From the IMG/VR virus record IMGVR_UViG_3300047274_000159, positions 1 to 64,000 of that record: a DNA stretch of 64,000 nucleotides. One strand, given 5' to 3'. The notes beneath the pieces were generated by a model, which had not been told where the DNA came from, ran no database searches, and saw only the letters and a program-made list of their open reading frames with translations. The number at the start of each line of letters is the position of its first letter. Within the stretch, counting starts at the first letter, position 1. Source of the stretch: an uncultured virus (IMG/VR IMGVR_UViG_3300047274_000159) (lineage: Duplodnaviria; Heunggongvirae; Uroviricota; Caudoviricetes). Of the stretch, positions 27,098 through 38,600 are shown piece after piece. The position numbers and the translations under genes were made by a program.

Positions 27098-30000
27098 ATG
27101 GCAGATTTTAAATTAAGTAGATTCAAACATACATGGAAAGGCGAGTGGACAGCCTACGGACGTTATAACCCAGACGATGTTATCAGCTTCGGAGGTAAGG
27201 TCTACAACTGTCTAGCAACACACGTTGCTAATCCTGATTTTTATTATGATCTAGAATTTTATAATTCAGATATTCCTCCCGCCTTAGAACCAAAGTGGGA
27301 GTTAATGGCAGACGGAACTAGCTGGTTAGGCGAATGGACCGCAGAAACTTATTATAAAATCGGTGATATCGTAAAACTTGGCGGTGTAATATATGTATGT
27401 ACCAATGATCATACATCTGCTGAAGACGAAACCGGATTTCCAGATCAGTCCGTTAATTGGACGGTTTTATTAAATTCTCAAGAGTGGAAAATAAATTGGC
27501 AGACAGAAACCTATTATAAAATCGGCGATGTTGTAAGATACGGCGGAAAGATCTATAGATGTAATACCAGCCATGAATCTGCAGGAGATATTTCTCAGGG
27601 ACTAGAATCAAACATAGGATTTTGGAACGAGGTATCAATAGCAGAAGATTGGAAAGGTAACTGGACTACAAATTTTAGATATAAAGCAAATGATCTAGTA
27701 AAATACGGCGGCTATGTATACAACTGTGATATAGCCCATACTTCTACAAGTGTAGTCGAACTGGGATTACCTGCAGATCAGGCCAAGTGGTCAGTGGTCA
27801 ACGAAGGAATTGACTACAAAGGAAACTGGACTACATTAACTATCTATAAAATAGGTGACATTGTAAAATATGGATCTTATCTTTATAAGAACAATACTTT
27901 TCATATTTCTGGATCGGTTATATCTACCATATACTTTGACATGTATATTCCCGGACAAGAATATGATGTGGTCTGGAATTCTACGACATTATATCAGCCA
28001 GGAGATGTTGTTTCTTACGGCGGTAATTTATATTATAACACATTCTTACATTCAAATCTAACTCCCAGCACTTCGACTTCAACTTGGCAATTATTGTTTC
28101 AAGGTTCCAAGATACAAGGATCCTGGAATTCATTTACTAATTACGAACTGGGCGATGTAGTAAGACGAGGCGGTAATCTTTATGCTTGTATTTTAGACAA
28201 CATAGCCCAAGATCCAGATTTTTTTGATGACGGTAGTACTACTAATTCCACATATTGGGATCTTATAATTCCCGGAATTAATTGGAGAGGAGTATGGACC
28301 GAAGGTGTTACCTATATGGCCGGAGATACGGTCGTATGGGTTTCTAGTTCTTATCGATGCAAAGATAAACACATTTCCGATCCAGGAAATCGTCCTGATG
28401 ACGACGGCGAAATGGGTTCTACACTAGAAGGAAGATACTGGGCAAAAATTACCGACGGCAACAGGATCAATAGATTAAAAAATATTGGTGATATTAGAAC
28501 CTACGGAGCCACAGAAGATGGTAGCACTATTGGGTATAAAGCATTGCCTGTTGGTTCGCAAGGAAAAGTCCTCACAGCAGTCAGTAACGAAAACAGTTGG
28601 CAATTATTACAAAATACAGAAAAGGTTTATTTTGTTGCAAACTTTGGTGAAGATATACCTAGCGCAGGTACATCTCCCGAAAATCCGTGGAAAACAATAC
28701 GTTATGCCTGTGAACAAGTGACAGGGTATGCTACTATATTTGTAAGAACAGGCGATTATGAAGAAGTACTGCCTATTCGTATACCTGCTTTTGTTGCCAT
28801 AGTAGGTGACGAACTCAGATCAACAACAGTTAAACCAGTCAATACTTTATTTGATGAATCGTATATCACATTAATACTCGCGGCTGCTAATAGATTAGAA
28901 TCTCTATTATCTAGAGTAGTTCGAGAACTAACAGTCGGACAAGAAATTTTAGGATTTCCGAATGTTGATCTGTACGGTGATATAGCACAAGACTTCAGCG
29001 GCACATCGGCTACGATATCCGAAGTTAACACTCTAGGAACTCTGTTAGAAATTTTTAGAAATAGAGTAGATAATTTCTTAAACGTTGCTATCACAGGCAC
29101 TAATACAGTTACAACGAATCTAGATAAACTAGCTGCCTATGATCAGATTGAAAATAATCACGAATTTATATTAAACGAAACATTACTATATTTAGAAGCT
29201 AATTATTTAGATTCAACACAGACTGCTTTGCCCGCTAGACTAGAGCAGGATATATCTACAATACTTAATTCTATCGCATATGATCTAATCTATCCCGGTA
29301 ATTACAAGACCATAGAAACATCGACTTTCTTTATTAACGGATCAACATATTCAAGAAACAAAGAAAGCAATATGTTTTTAATGAGAGACGGATCTGGTTT
29401 AAGAAATCTAACCCTTATGGGATTAGAAGGCACACTTGGTTCGGCAAATATCTATGGAACACAACGACCTTCAGCCGGAGCATTCGTTAGTCTTGATCCA
29501 GGATACGGTCCAGCAGATACAACTGCATGGGTAGGTACTAAATCGCCGTACGTACAAAACGTTACTAACTTTGGTACGGGATGTATCGGATTCAAGATCG
29601 ACGGTGATATTCATAGTGGCGGAAATCAAACTATGGTTTCTAACGACTTTACCCAGGTTATCAGCGATGGTATTGGAGTATGGGCTAACGGTACCGGAAA
29701 AACAGAATGTGTTTCTGTGTTTACATATTATAACCATATTGGTTATTTGGCCACTAATGGCGGAAAAATTCGTGGAACTAACGGAAACTGTTCCTACGGT
29801 GACTTCGGAGCGGTATCTGAAGGATACAATATCTCCGAATCACCTATAACAGCAAAAATAACAAACAGATACTACGAAGCAGATGTCTATCAAGCTCTCG
29901 TAGATAATACAACAGGAATTCAAAAATTATTTTTCTCCAATGCAGGAACATCCTACACTACCGGAACTATGTCTATAGTAGGTTCTGGCCTAGGTGCTGC

Positions 30001-32557
30001 GTTGGTCATGGACGAATTTAGAGATGGTTCGGTATACGAAGTTAGGATCGCGAATCCTGGAGATAGTTCTGCAGAAGGCGGATCTGGATATACATTTGTT
30101 ACCAATGCTGCCCAAGGCGGCGATACATTTAATATTCAACTCGCAGGTTCAGACGAAAACATAGCTACACAATATCGTGGTCTCAGACTTGTTGTTGGCA
30201 GAGGAACCGGAACCGGACAATATGGTTATATTGCAGACTACGATGCGACCGGAAAATATGCCTACATAGGTAAAGAGTCAAAACCAGCAGTGACTGTGAC
30301 CGCTACTACATCTTCCGGAATGTTACTAACAGTTTCTAGTACAAGTCACTTGTCTATTAACGATCCTATTATATTTTCCGGAACAAAATTTGGTAATATA
30401 CAAGATTTCACAGTCTATTATGTAAGAACTATTCCTAACTCGACGCAGATCACAATAAGTGCTAGTTCAGGACCAGGCGCTGTGTTTAATTTAATCAACG
30501 GTACAGGCACCATGACACTTCATTGTGCTGGCTGGGAACATCTAATAGATGGGACTAGTATATTAGCATCTCTAGATACTTCTACCAATTATTATATCGA
30601 ACCAAGAATAACATTCAGCAGTCCTGGATTTACTTCGACATCGAGATCGTTGCCTGCTAGTCGACAATGGTCTAGTATCGGCGGAAATTCTAGTAAGTTC
30701 GTAGCTGTGGCATTAGATACCAATGCTTTTGCATATTCAGCAGACGGTATTAATTGGACAGGCGGAACATTACCGGCGCTGGCTTTATGGACCAAAGTAA
30801 AATATGTAGGAAGCCTATGGATGGCGTTAGCCACAGGCGGGCAAGCAGCTAGATCCACAGATGGTGTATCATGGTCATCTATGACCATGAGTAGTACAGC
30901 AGAGTGGAGAGATGTTACCTACGGCAACGGAAAATATGTAGCCGTAGCAGCTGGAGGTACAAAAGCCGCATATTCGACCGACGGTGTTACTTGGACCGCC
31001 GCAACTTTACCAGAAGGTGCAGACTGGAATGCTATTGAATACGGTAAGGGTAAATATATAGCGACTGCATTAAGTGATTCTTCTATATCCGGCGCTGCCA
31101 CTGCTTATAGTTCCGACGGTGTTACTTGGACATTAGGCACATTAACACAGGGTAGTTACTCGTTAGCCTATGGCAATGGACGATTTGTCGCTCTGTCTGG
31201 AGGATATGCTGGTGCTACAGAAGTTTCTATCAGCTTTGACGGTATAACCTGGACAGAATCAGTTATACAATCCGAAGACTGGAGAAGTATTGTATATGCA
31301 CAAGGAACTTTTGTAGCTGTAGCTACAGGTTCAGCTACATGTGCAGTGTCAAAAGACGGTAAAGTATGGACCTATCAAACCCTAGCATCGAGCGGTCCGT
31401 GGTGCGGAATAGCATTTTCTAATGCCGCTAAACCTGGAAAATTTTTAACCATCGGCGGACTAACATCTAATTCTACCCAGGCGATGGAAATCAATACTGG
31501 AAGAACTGCTGAAGCCAGAGCAGTTGTTGTTTCAGGAAGAATATCAAGCATAAATCTATGGGAGCCTGGTAGCGGTTACGTTTCGGCTCCTGCAATGACT
31601 ATTACAGATCCAAACAATTCTAGCGAAGTCTTTACGCAGATCAGAATAGGCAACGGAGTGATAGCCAATCCGACTATTTCCGATGCAGGTGCAGGGTATG
31701 AAACTTCAAGTACTAGAATAACAATATCTGGAGACGGTTTTAAAGATCAATATCATATCGGATCTGATATAGTAGTAACCAATTTAACTAGGATTCCGGG
31801 CCCCGGTGATAACCTCAATATTTCGGGAATCAATGATTATACCTATAAATTATTAACTGCTACGATTCTGGGCGGTACAACAGGGAATTTCACAGCTAGA
31901 ATTACAATAGCCAAAGATTTAGGAAGAGAAGAAAGCCCAGAACATGCCACAGATGTGACAATTAGACAGTTATATTCTCAGGTTAGAATCACCGGACATG
32001 ATTTCTTGGATATTGGTCTAGGAAATCAAGTTGAAACTAACTATCCGGATACTTTAAATCCAAATGGAACGGTAGTGGCACCTGAAAATGAAATCAAGGA
32101 AAGCAATGGCGGTCGTGTGTTCTACACAAGTACCGACCAAGATGGTAACTTTAGAGTTGGGGAATTATTTGCAGTAGAACAGGCGACAGGAACTGTCACT
32201 TTAAATGCTCAATTTTTCGCACTAGAAGGCCTAGAAGAAATTAGATTGGGCGGATTTACTGTAGGCGGCTCGGGTGTTGTTATCCGTGAATTCTCAACTG
32301 ATAACACATTTACCGCGGATTCAAATAACATCGTACCCACACAGAGAGCGATTAAAGCATATCTAACAGCTAGGGTATCTGGAGGTGGTGCTGATGCTAT
32401 TACAGGACAATTAACTGCAGGTACTGTACAGATTGGTCCAGATTCTCTAGGAACGACCACGGGCGACGAATTGATTTTTACCGCTAAAGTTAATTTTAGA
32501 GGCGGTATTGATGGTTCGTTAGTAGCATTAAATTATTTTACATCGTCTGGAGCATAA
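27098..32557 (+). CDS. Giant tail fibre/appendage protein (1819 aa): W-rich CBM5/12-like repeats, beta-helix-like region, Asp-box propeller repeats
   Basis: Tandem W.G.W....Y..GD.V.YGG..Y.C...H repeats; SPYVQNVT.FG...SNDFTQ beta-helix-like segment; YS.DG..W repeats; paralog of 32616. Confidence 0.75.
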   Translation: MADFKLSRFKHTWKGEWTAYGRYNPDDVISFGGKVYNCLATHVANPDFYYDLEFYNSDIPPALEPKWELMADGTSWLGEWTAETYYKIGDIVKLGGVIYVCTNDHTSAEDETGFPDQSVNWTVLLNSQEWKINWQTETYYKIGDVVRYGGKIYRCNTSHESAGDISQGLESNIGFWNEVSIAEDWKGNWTTNFRYKANDLVKYGGYVYNCDIAHTSTSVVELGLPADQAKWSVVNEGIDYKGNWTTLTIYKIGDIVKYGSYLYKNNTFHISGSVISTIYFDMYIPGQEYDVVWNSTTLYQPGDVVSYGGNLYYNTFLHSNLTPSTSTSTWQLLFQGSKIQGSWNSFTNYELGDVVRRGGNLYACILDNIAQDPDFFDDGSTTNSTYWDLIIPGINWRGVWTEGVTYMAGDTVVWVSSSYRCKDKHISDPGNRPDDDGEMGSTLEGRYWAKITDGNRINRLKNIGDIRTYGATEDGSTIGYKALPVGSQGKVLTAVSNENSWQLLQNTEKVYFVANFGEDIPSAGTSPENPWKTIRYACEQVTGYATIFVRTGDYEEVLPIRIPAFVAIVGDELRSTTVKPVNTLFDESYITLILAAANRLESLLSRVVRELTVGQEILGFPNVDLYGDIAQDFSGTSATISEVNTLGTLLEIFRNRVDNFLNVAITGTNTVTTNLDKLAAYDQIENNHEFILNETLLYLEANYLDSTQTALPARLEQDISTILNSIAYDLIYPGNYKTIETSTFFINGSTYSRNKESNMFLMRDGSGLRNLTLMGLEGTLGSANIYGTQRPSAGAFVSLDPGYGPADTTAWVGTKSPYVQNVTNFGTGCIGFKIDGDIHSGGNQTMVSNDFTQVISDGIGVWANGTGKTECVSVFTYYNHIGYLATNGGKIRGTNGNCSYGDFGAVSEGYNISESPITAKITNRYYEADVYQALVDNTTGIQKLFFSNAGTSYTTGTMSIVGSGLGAALVMDEFRDGSVYEVRIANPGDSSAEGGSGYTFVTNAAQGGDTFNIQLAGSDENIATQYRGLRLVVGRGTGTGQYGYIADYDATGKYAYIGKESKPAVTVTATTSSGMLLTVSSTSHLSINDPIIFSGTKFGNIQDFTVYYVRTIPNSTQITISASSGPGAVFNLINGTGTMTLHCAGWEHLIDGTSILASLDTSTNYYIEPRITFSSPGFTSTSRSLPASRQWSSIGGNSSKFVAVALDTNAFAYSADGINWTGGTLPALALWTKVKYVGSLWMALATGGQAARSTDGVSWSSMTMSSTAEWRDVTYGNGKYVAVAAGGTKAAYSTDGVTWTAATLPEGADWNAIEYGKGKYIATALSDSSISGAATAYSSDGVTWTLGTLTQGSYSLAYGNGRFVALSGGYAGATEVSISFDGITWTESVIQSEDWRSIVYAQGTFVAVATGSATCAVSKDGKVWTYQTLASSGPWCGIAFSNAAKPGKFLTIGGLTSNSTQAMEINTGRTAEARAVVVSGRISSINLWEPGSGYVSAPAMTITDPNNSSEVFTQIRIGNGVIANPTISDAGAGYETSSTRITISGDGFKDQYHIGSDIVVTNLTRIPGPGDNLNISGINDYTYKLLTATILGGTTGNFTARITIAKDLGREESPEHATDVTIRQLYSQVRITGHDFLDIGLGNQVETNYPDTLNPNGTVVAPENEIKESNGGRVFYTSTDQDGNFRVGELFAVEQATGTVTLNAQFFALEGLEEIRLGGFTVGGSGVVIREFSTDNTFTADSNNIVPTQRAIKAYLTARVSGGGADAITGQLTAGTVQIGPDSLGTTTGDELIFTAKVNFRGGIDGSLVALNYFTSSGA

Positions 32558-32615
32558 TAGATGTCGAATAGTTTTTTGAATAAATATGAATTAATGCATG
32601 TATATGGAGCTATAA

Positions 32616-35600
32616 ATGGCTGAATTTAAATTAGGTAGAATAAAATTTGTATGGAAAAATGATTGGGTTACAGGTACCACTTATTACAAAGATGATATCG
32701 TAGCCTATGGCGGTAAAACATATCTTTGTGTAGTGGGACATACCGCTGCCGCAGATTTTTATACTGACCTAGATAATGTTCCTTCTAAATGGAATCAGTT
32801 CAGTGACGGATTAGATTGGAAAGGCAATTGGACATCAACCACACTATACAAAGAAAACGATATCGTAAAATATGGCGGTTATGTTTATATTTGTAATAAT
32901 GGACACACTAGCTCATCTACTCTAGAAGCTAACCAGGCGAACTGGGATCTACTTGCCGAAGGTTTTGACTGGAAAGGATCTTGGGCAAACGCAACTACAT
33001 ATAAGGTAAATGACCTAGTCAAGTATGGCGGTTTGGTCTATATCTGCAACACAGCACATACATCAGCGGCCACAGTTGCCCTAGGATTAGAAGCCGACCA
33101 ATCTAAATGGGATGTATTTAGTAGAGGTGTAGATTGGAAAGGATCTTGGTCTATATCTACTAGATATAAAGTAGGCGATTTAGTCAAAAATGGCGGAAAC
33201 ACCTACGTATGTAATCAAGGACATACTTCTGCTGCTACAGAAGCTCTGGGATTAGAAGCAGATCAATCTAAATGGGATTATTTTAATCAAGGTATCGATT
33301 ATAAAGGAACTTGGTCAGTAACTTCGCGTTATAAACATAACGATGTAGTAAAATACGGTGGCGGCACTTGGATTTGTATTACACCACATACTTCTACATC
33401 TAGCTTTGTTACAGACAATGCATACTGGAATCAGTTTGTTGAAGGTATAGAATTTGAAGGCGACTGGCTTTCAGGCACAACATATCAACCGGGCGATATC
33501 GTTCGATACGGTGGTAACAGTTACATTGCTAAAAATACTCATGTTGCGGGATCGACTCCGCCTGCAACTCCGTTTGATTGGGATTTATTTTCCACAGGAT
33601 TTAGATTACAGGGCGATTGGAGCTCATTAACTACTTACAAAGTTGGAGAGGTAGTTAGAAATCACGGCTTCACATATGTGGCCACAGCTGATAGTACAAA
33701 TCAAAGACCTCCAAATGCTTCATATTGGAGCAAATTAAATGAAGGTATTGATTGGGAAGGCGACTGGGTTTCGTCACATGTTTATGTGTTAGGCGATGCT
33801 GTCAAGTTCGGAGCCAATTCTTATATCTGTGTTCAGGCTCATACATCAACAACAGGATCTGATAGACCGGATAACGATATCACAGGTACATACTGGAACT
33901 TGCTGACCGCAGGTAATGAAGAAAGTGTACTAACTACCATCGGTGATCTAGTTTATTATAGCGGAAGCGGCCCTACACGTTTGCCTATCGGTGACGAGGG
34001 TCAGGTTCTTACAGTAGAATCTGGTTTACCAACTTGGAAATTTTTTGGTAAGGTAAAAAATGTTTGGTATGTCGCACCGCACGGCATTGACGAACCAGCA
34101 CCTACATACGGATCAACCGTAGACAAGCCGTGGGCTAGTGTACGCTATGCCTGCGAACAAATAGAACATGGTACAGAATATCCACAGGCAGCATATCTAT
34201 TAAGACAAAATAGAACATTTATTCAGCGAGAAATCACTAAATGGGTAGAGTATCAGATCGCAGGCGGCTCTGGAATCTGGTCTGGATTTGTCAATGACAG
34301 TGCTGCTCTGTGCGAAAGAGATATGGGATTAATCGTAGATGCAATAGTTTACGATCTTACACATACCGGAAATGTAAAATCTAGAACAGCAGCACTGTCG
34401 TATTTTGACGAAGCAGGTGCATTAGAAACATTTATTTCCGACGAAGAAGAACAACTTGTTGCAGCTATCAATTACGGTGTGAGTTTAATTGGCAGCGTGT
34501 TGAGCAATACCGCTCCTGCAGCAAATTATCAAGCATTACAAGGTGTTGCAGTCGGAGATAGAATCAAGCAAATTATTGATTCGAACTACACAGCCGAAAC
34601 AGGTTCACTTGATATCTGCGAAGATCTAGCAGCTATTATTACTAATGCAGTCACAGCAGGCAGTATCACAGGCATGCCTAAGGAAGATCTGCCTAACTAT
34701 ACAATTAATGTTAAAACTGGTCAATATTACGAAGTTTTACCAATTAGGGTTCCTTCCGGAACAGCAGTTGTCGGTGATGAATTACGTTCTTCAAGAATTA
34801 GTCCTGCAGGAAAGTTAGTTGAAGACAATGATAAGGCTAAATCTGTAGCGGTCCTAACCCATCTAAAATCTATTACCGATGAAATAGTAACTAATACCGC
34901 AGTCACTCCAACAACAGGCAATACAGCTACACAAGATACGACCAGTCAGAACGAGGGTAATGTTGGAAGCTCTACAGCAGTAACCAGTATTGTAAACAAT
35001 GTTACAGAAATCAAAGATATCCTAACCAACGGATTAGGATCTGTAGATGCATTTGTAATTCCAAATCCTACTAACTGGGGTTCTTCATTAACTGATACTG
35101 CATACGCATCTACAGGCAATGCTACAGGTGCAACATCTACCTATGACAATGCTAGAGCACAGATTCTTGCCAACACTAACTTTATCAAAGCTGAAATCAC
35201 AGCATGGATCGCAGTACAGGTAGCAGGTAACATAGCACCGTTTACCACATCGTTTACCTACGATGCAGCGGCCTGCGCTAGAGATGTTGGATATGTTTTA
35301 GATGCTATTCGTTATGATTTAACCTACGGTGGCAATACACAAACAAGAATCGCCGCTGATGCATATTATAGCTACGGTGTAGCCACGTTTGGCAACGGCG
35401 AAAAAGAAGAAACACTGGCCGCATATGCAAGACTTAAAACAGTAGTTGGTCAGGTCATTACAGAAGCTTCGGTAACAGTTTCTGCAGGTAATGCAGAAAC
35501 ACAAGATGTCAGCGGTACAGCAGGTAATACTTCAGCTAAAAACTTTGCTGAAGAGCGTGTTCAGGAAATTATCAACACAATCACTGCCGACGGTACCTTA

Positions 35601-38600
35601 CCAACATCGATATCACCTGCCACATCCTGGGTAGCCACTGCTTTAGTAACAGCTAGAACAGCAGTAAACACTGCTAGAGCAGAAATTCAAACAGATGCTG
35701 TACAGTATATTAAGAGAGAGTATCCAACGCTTGACTTTAATACCACTACCTGTTCTCGAGATGTTGGATATATCGTAGATGCTCTGGGCTACGATCTAAT
35801 GTTTGGTTCTAATTTTGCATCTATCAAAGCAGGAATGGCCTACAGAAGAGGGACTTCATCTGCACTAGAAGTTGTAAGCAATCAACTAGCCGCAACACAG
35901 GCAATTTTAGATTTTATATCAGCTAAGGCTAAACGAATTGCAGCCAGCGGTGCAAGTGTATTGTCTGGACTATTATGGGATGATATTATTTCTTATGTGA
36001 ATACAGGAACAAGACCAATCATCACTGGTCGTGTTACACCCACAACTGATCTAGATCAAATCAATGGCGGTAAGATTTTAGAGCTGAATTCAAATTTTTT
36101 AGCAGCTGAAGCAACAGCCTATGCCAGTGAAACATTTAAAGCAACAGTAACATCTGCAGACGCTGGTACAGACACATTTACCTGTGGATCACAAACATGG
36201 ATGGTTGCAGGCGACACTGTTAAATTTAGCGGTACAACTTTTGGTGGTGTTAATACAACAACTACCTACTACATACTAGCTAGCGGATTAACCGCAACAA
36301 CATTTAAAGTCAGTCTAACACTAGGTGGCACAGCCGTTGATTTATCTGCAGCTTCGGGATCAATGACCGTTACATGGAATTACGATACAGCAAGATGTCA
36401 AAATGATGTAAGAAATTATGTCAAGGCTATCTCTTCCGATCTGATGTATACAGGAAACTATTATTCTGTATATGCTGCTCGTTTCTATAGAAGTGCCCTA
36501 ACTGGTTCTAAACTTGAAGATATGTTCTATGTACGCAATGGTTGCGGTATAAGAAATCATACACTGTTAGGACTAGATGGTACATCAGACGGAAATACAG
36601 CCGGTGCAGGTGATGCAGATGGATTAACCGTGGTCAACGAGTTTGGTACAAAGCGTCCGTTGGCCGGCGCTTATGTCAGTCTCGATCCAGGATACGGTCC
36701 TAACGACTCGAATGTTTGGGTAACAAGTCGTTCGACTTATGTACAAAACGTAACAACATTCGGAACCGGCTGTACTGGACAGAAAATTGACGGAAGCCTG
36801 CACAATGGCGGAGTTGATTCAATCGTTTCCAATGACTTTACACAGGTATTGAGCAACGGTATTGGTGCATGGATTACTAATCTAGGCCGTGCAGAACTTG
36901 TTTCTGTGTTCACATATTATAATCACATCGGTTATCTAGCTGAAAACGGCGGTAAGATTCGTGCTACCAACGGTAACAACTCTTACGGTGACTTTGGTTC
37001 CGTATCTGAAGGTATAGATATCAACGAAGTTCCGATCACAGGTCAACTCAATAATCGTGCAGAAGAAGCAGATGTTAGAAATGTTATAACAGACGGCGAT
37101 GATATCTTAATCTACGAATTCGGTAATGCAGGTTCGGATTATTCTTCAGCAACATTTACAACATCGGGTGCAGGCGCAGGTGTAGCAACAGTGGCTAATG
37201 AATTTAGAGATGGTGCTGTATTCCAAGTACGCTTGACAGATCCGGGCGATAGTTCGGGTACTGGCGGTACAGGATATATCACCGCCACCAATCTAGCACA
37301 GTCGGGTAACACAACACAGATCACATTGGCTGCGGCTGATACTGCTACTAGTGCTGCATATGTGGGAATGAGCATCTATCTAACCTCAGGAACAGGCGCA
37401 GGACAGTACGGTTATATTAACACATATAATTCGGGTTCTAAGATCGCAACTGTTTATAAAGAATCAACAGGAACTGCTGGCTGGGATCATGTGGTTCCGG
37501 GAACTGCTATCGAAGCAGCGTTAGATGTGACCACATCTTATACGATCACTCCGAGACTATCGTTTACTGATGTTCCTTATACTAAGACTATCTCAAATAT
37601 TACAGCAGCGAATAATTGGACTGATGTAGCATACGGCGACGGTTATGCAAGTTACACAGGATTATCTGCAACTGGAGGTTCTGGAAGTCTAGCAGCATTT
37701 AACGTTGTTAGAAGAAAAGGCAGTTACACAGTGTCAATCAGTACTCCGGGTGTTTTATACACAGCAGGTAATACCTTAACTATTGCAGGTACTTCTCTAG
37801 GAGGTACAAGTCCTGCTAATGATTTGACCATAACTGTAGATACTATTAATTCTCCTAGCGGATCTATAGCATCAGTGACTCCATCCGGAACAGCCGTGAC
37901 ACCTAAATATGTAGCCGTTGCTAGCGGAACCACTGCCGCGGCTTATAGTTTAGATGGAATAACTTGGACAGCAATGACTATGCCAACCGCAACAAGTTCG
38001 GGTGGCGGCGAAGATAATAACCAATGGAGTGCTATTGCCTACGGGATGTCAAGTAACGTTAGCTACTATGTGGCTGTGGCCAGAGCAACTTCTACTGCTG
38101 CTTATTCAACTGACGGCATTAATTGGACCGCAGCCAATCTAGGAGAAGTGGCAGATTGGTGCGATATAGCATATGGTAATGGTTCTTTTGTAGCTATTGC
38201 AGAAAGTGATTCTTCATCCACATATAGAGCAGTATCAACTAACGGAGGATCAACCTGGAGCACTACAACACTAGCATCCGGAGCTAAAGCCATAGCCTAT
38301 GGCGGAACTAGATTCGTAGTTGTAGAAGGAAACTTCTCAAACAGTTTTGCTTACTCTACCAGTGGAGTAGCATGGACTGTAGGAACATTGCCTAGCAATG
38401 ATGATTCGAGCGAAAGCAATTGGGTAGACATAACCTATGGAAATGGTAGATTCGTAGCCATAGCAGATAGTTCATCAATGGCTGCATATTCCTTAGACGG
38501 AATTTCCTGGACTAAGAGCAATTTGCCAGCTAACTATGAGTGGAGTTCGATCGGCTACGGACAGGGTTTATTCTATGTTACTAGCCTAGGCGATGCAGCA

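Noticed and set aside
27098..33950. CRISPR-like periodic repeats
   Set aside because: Periodicity is at the protein level with synonymous divergence; no identical repeats with unique spacers
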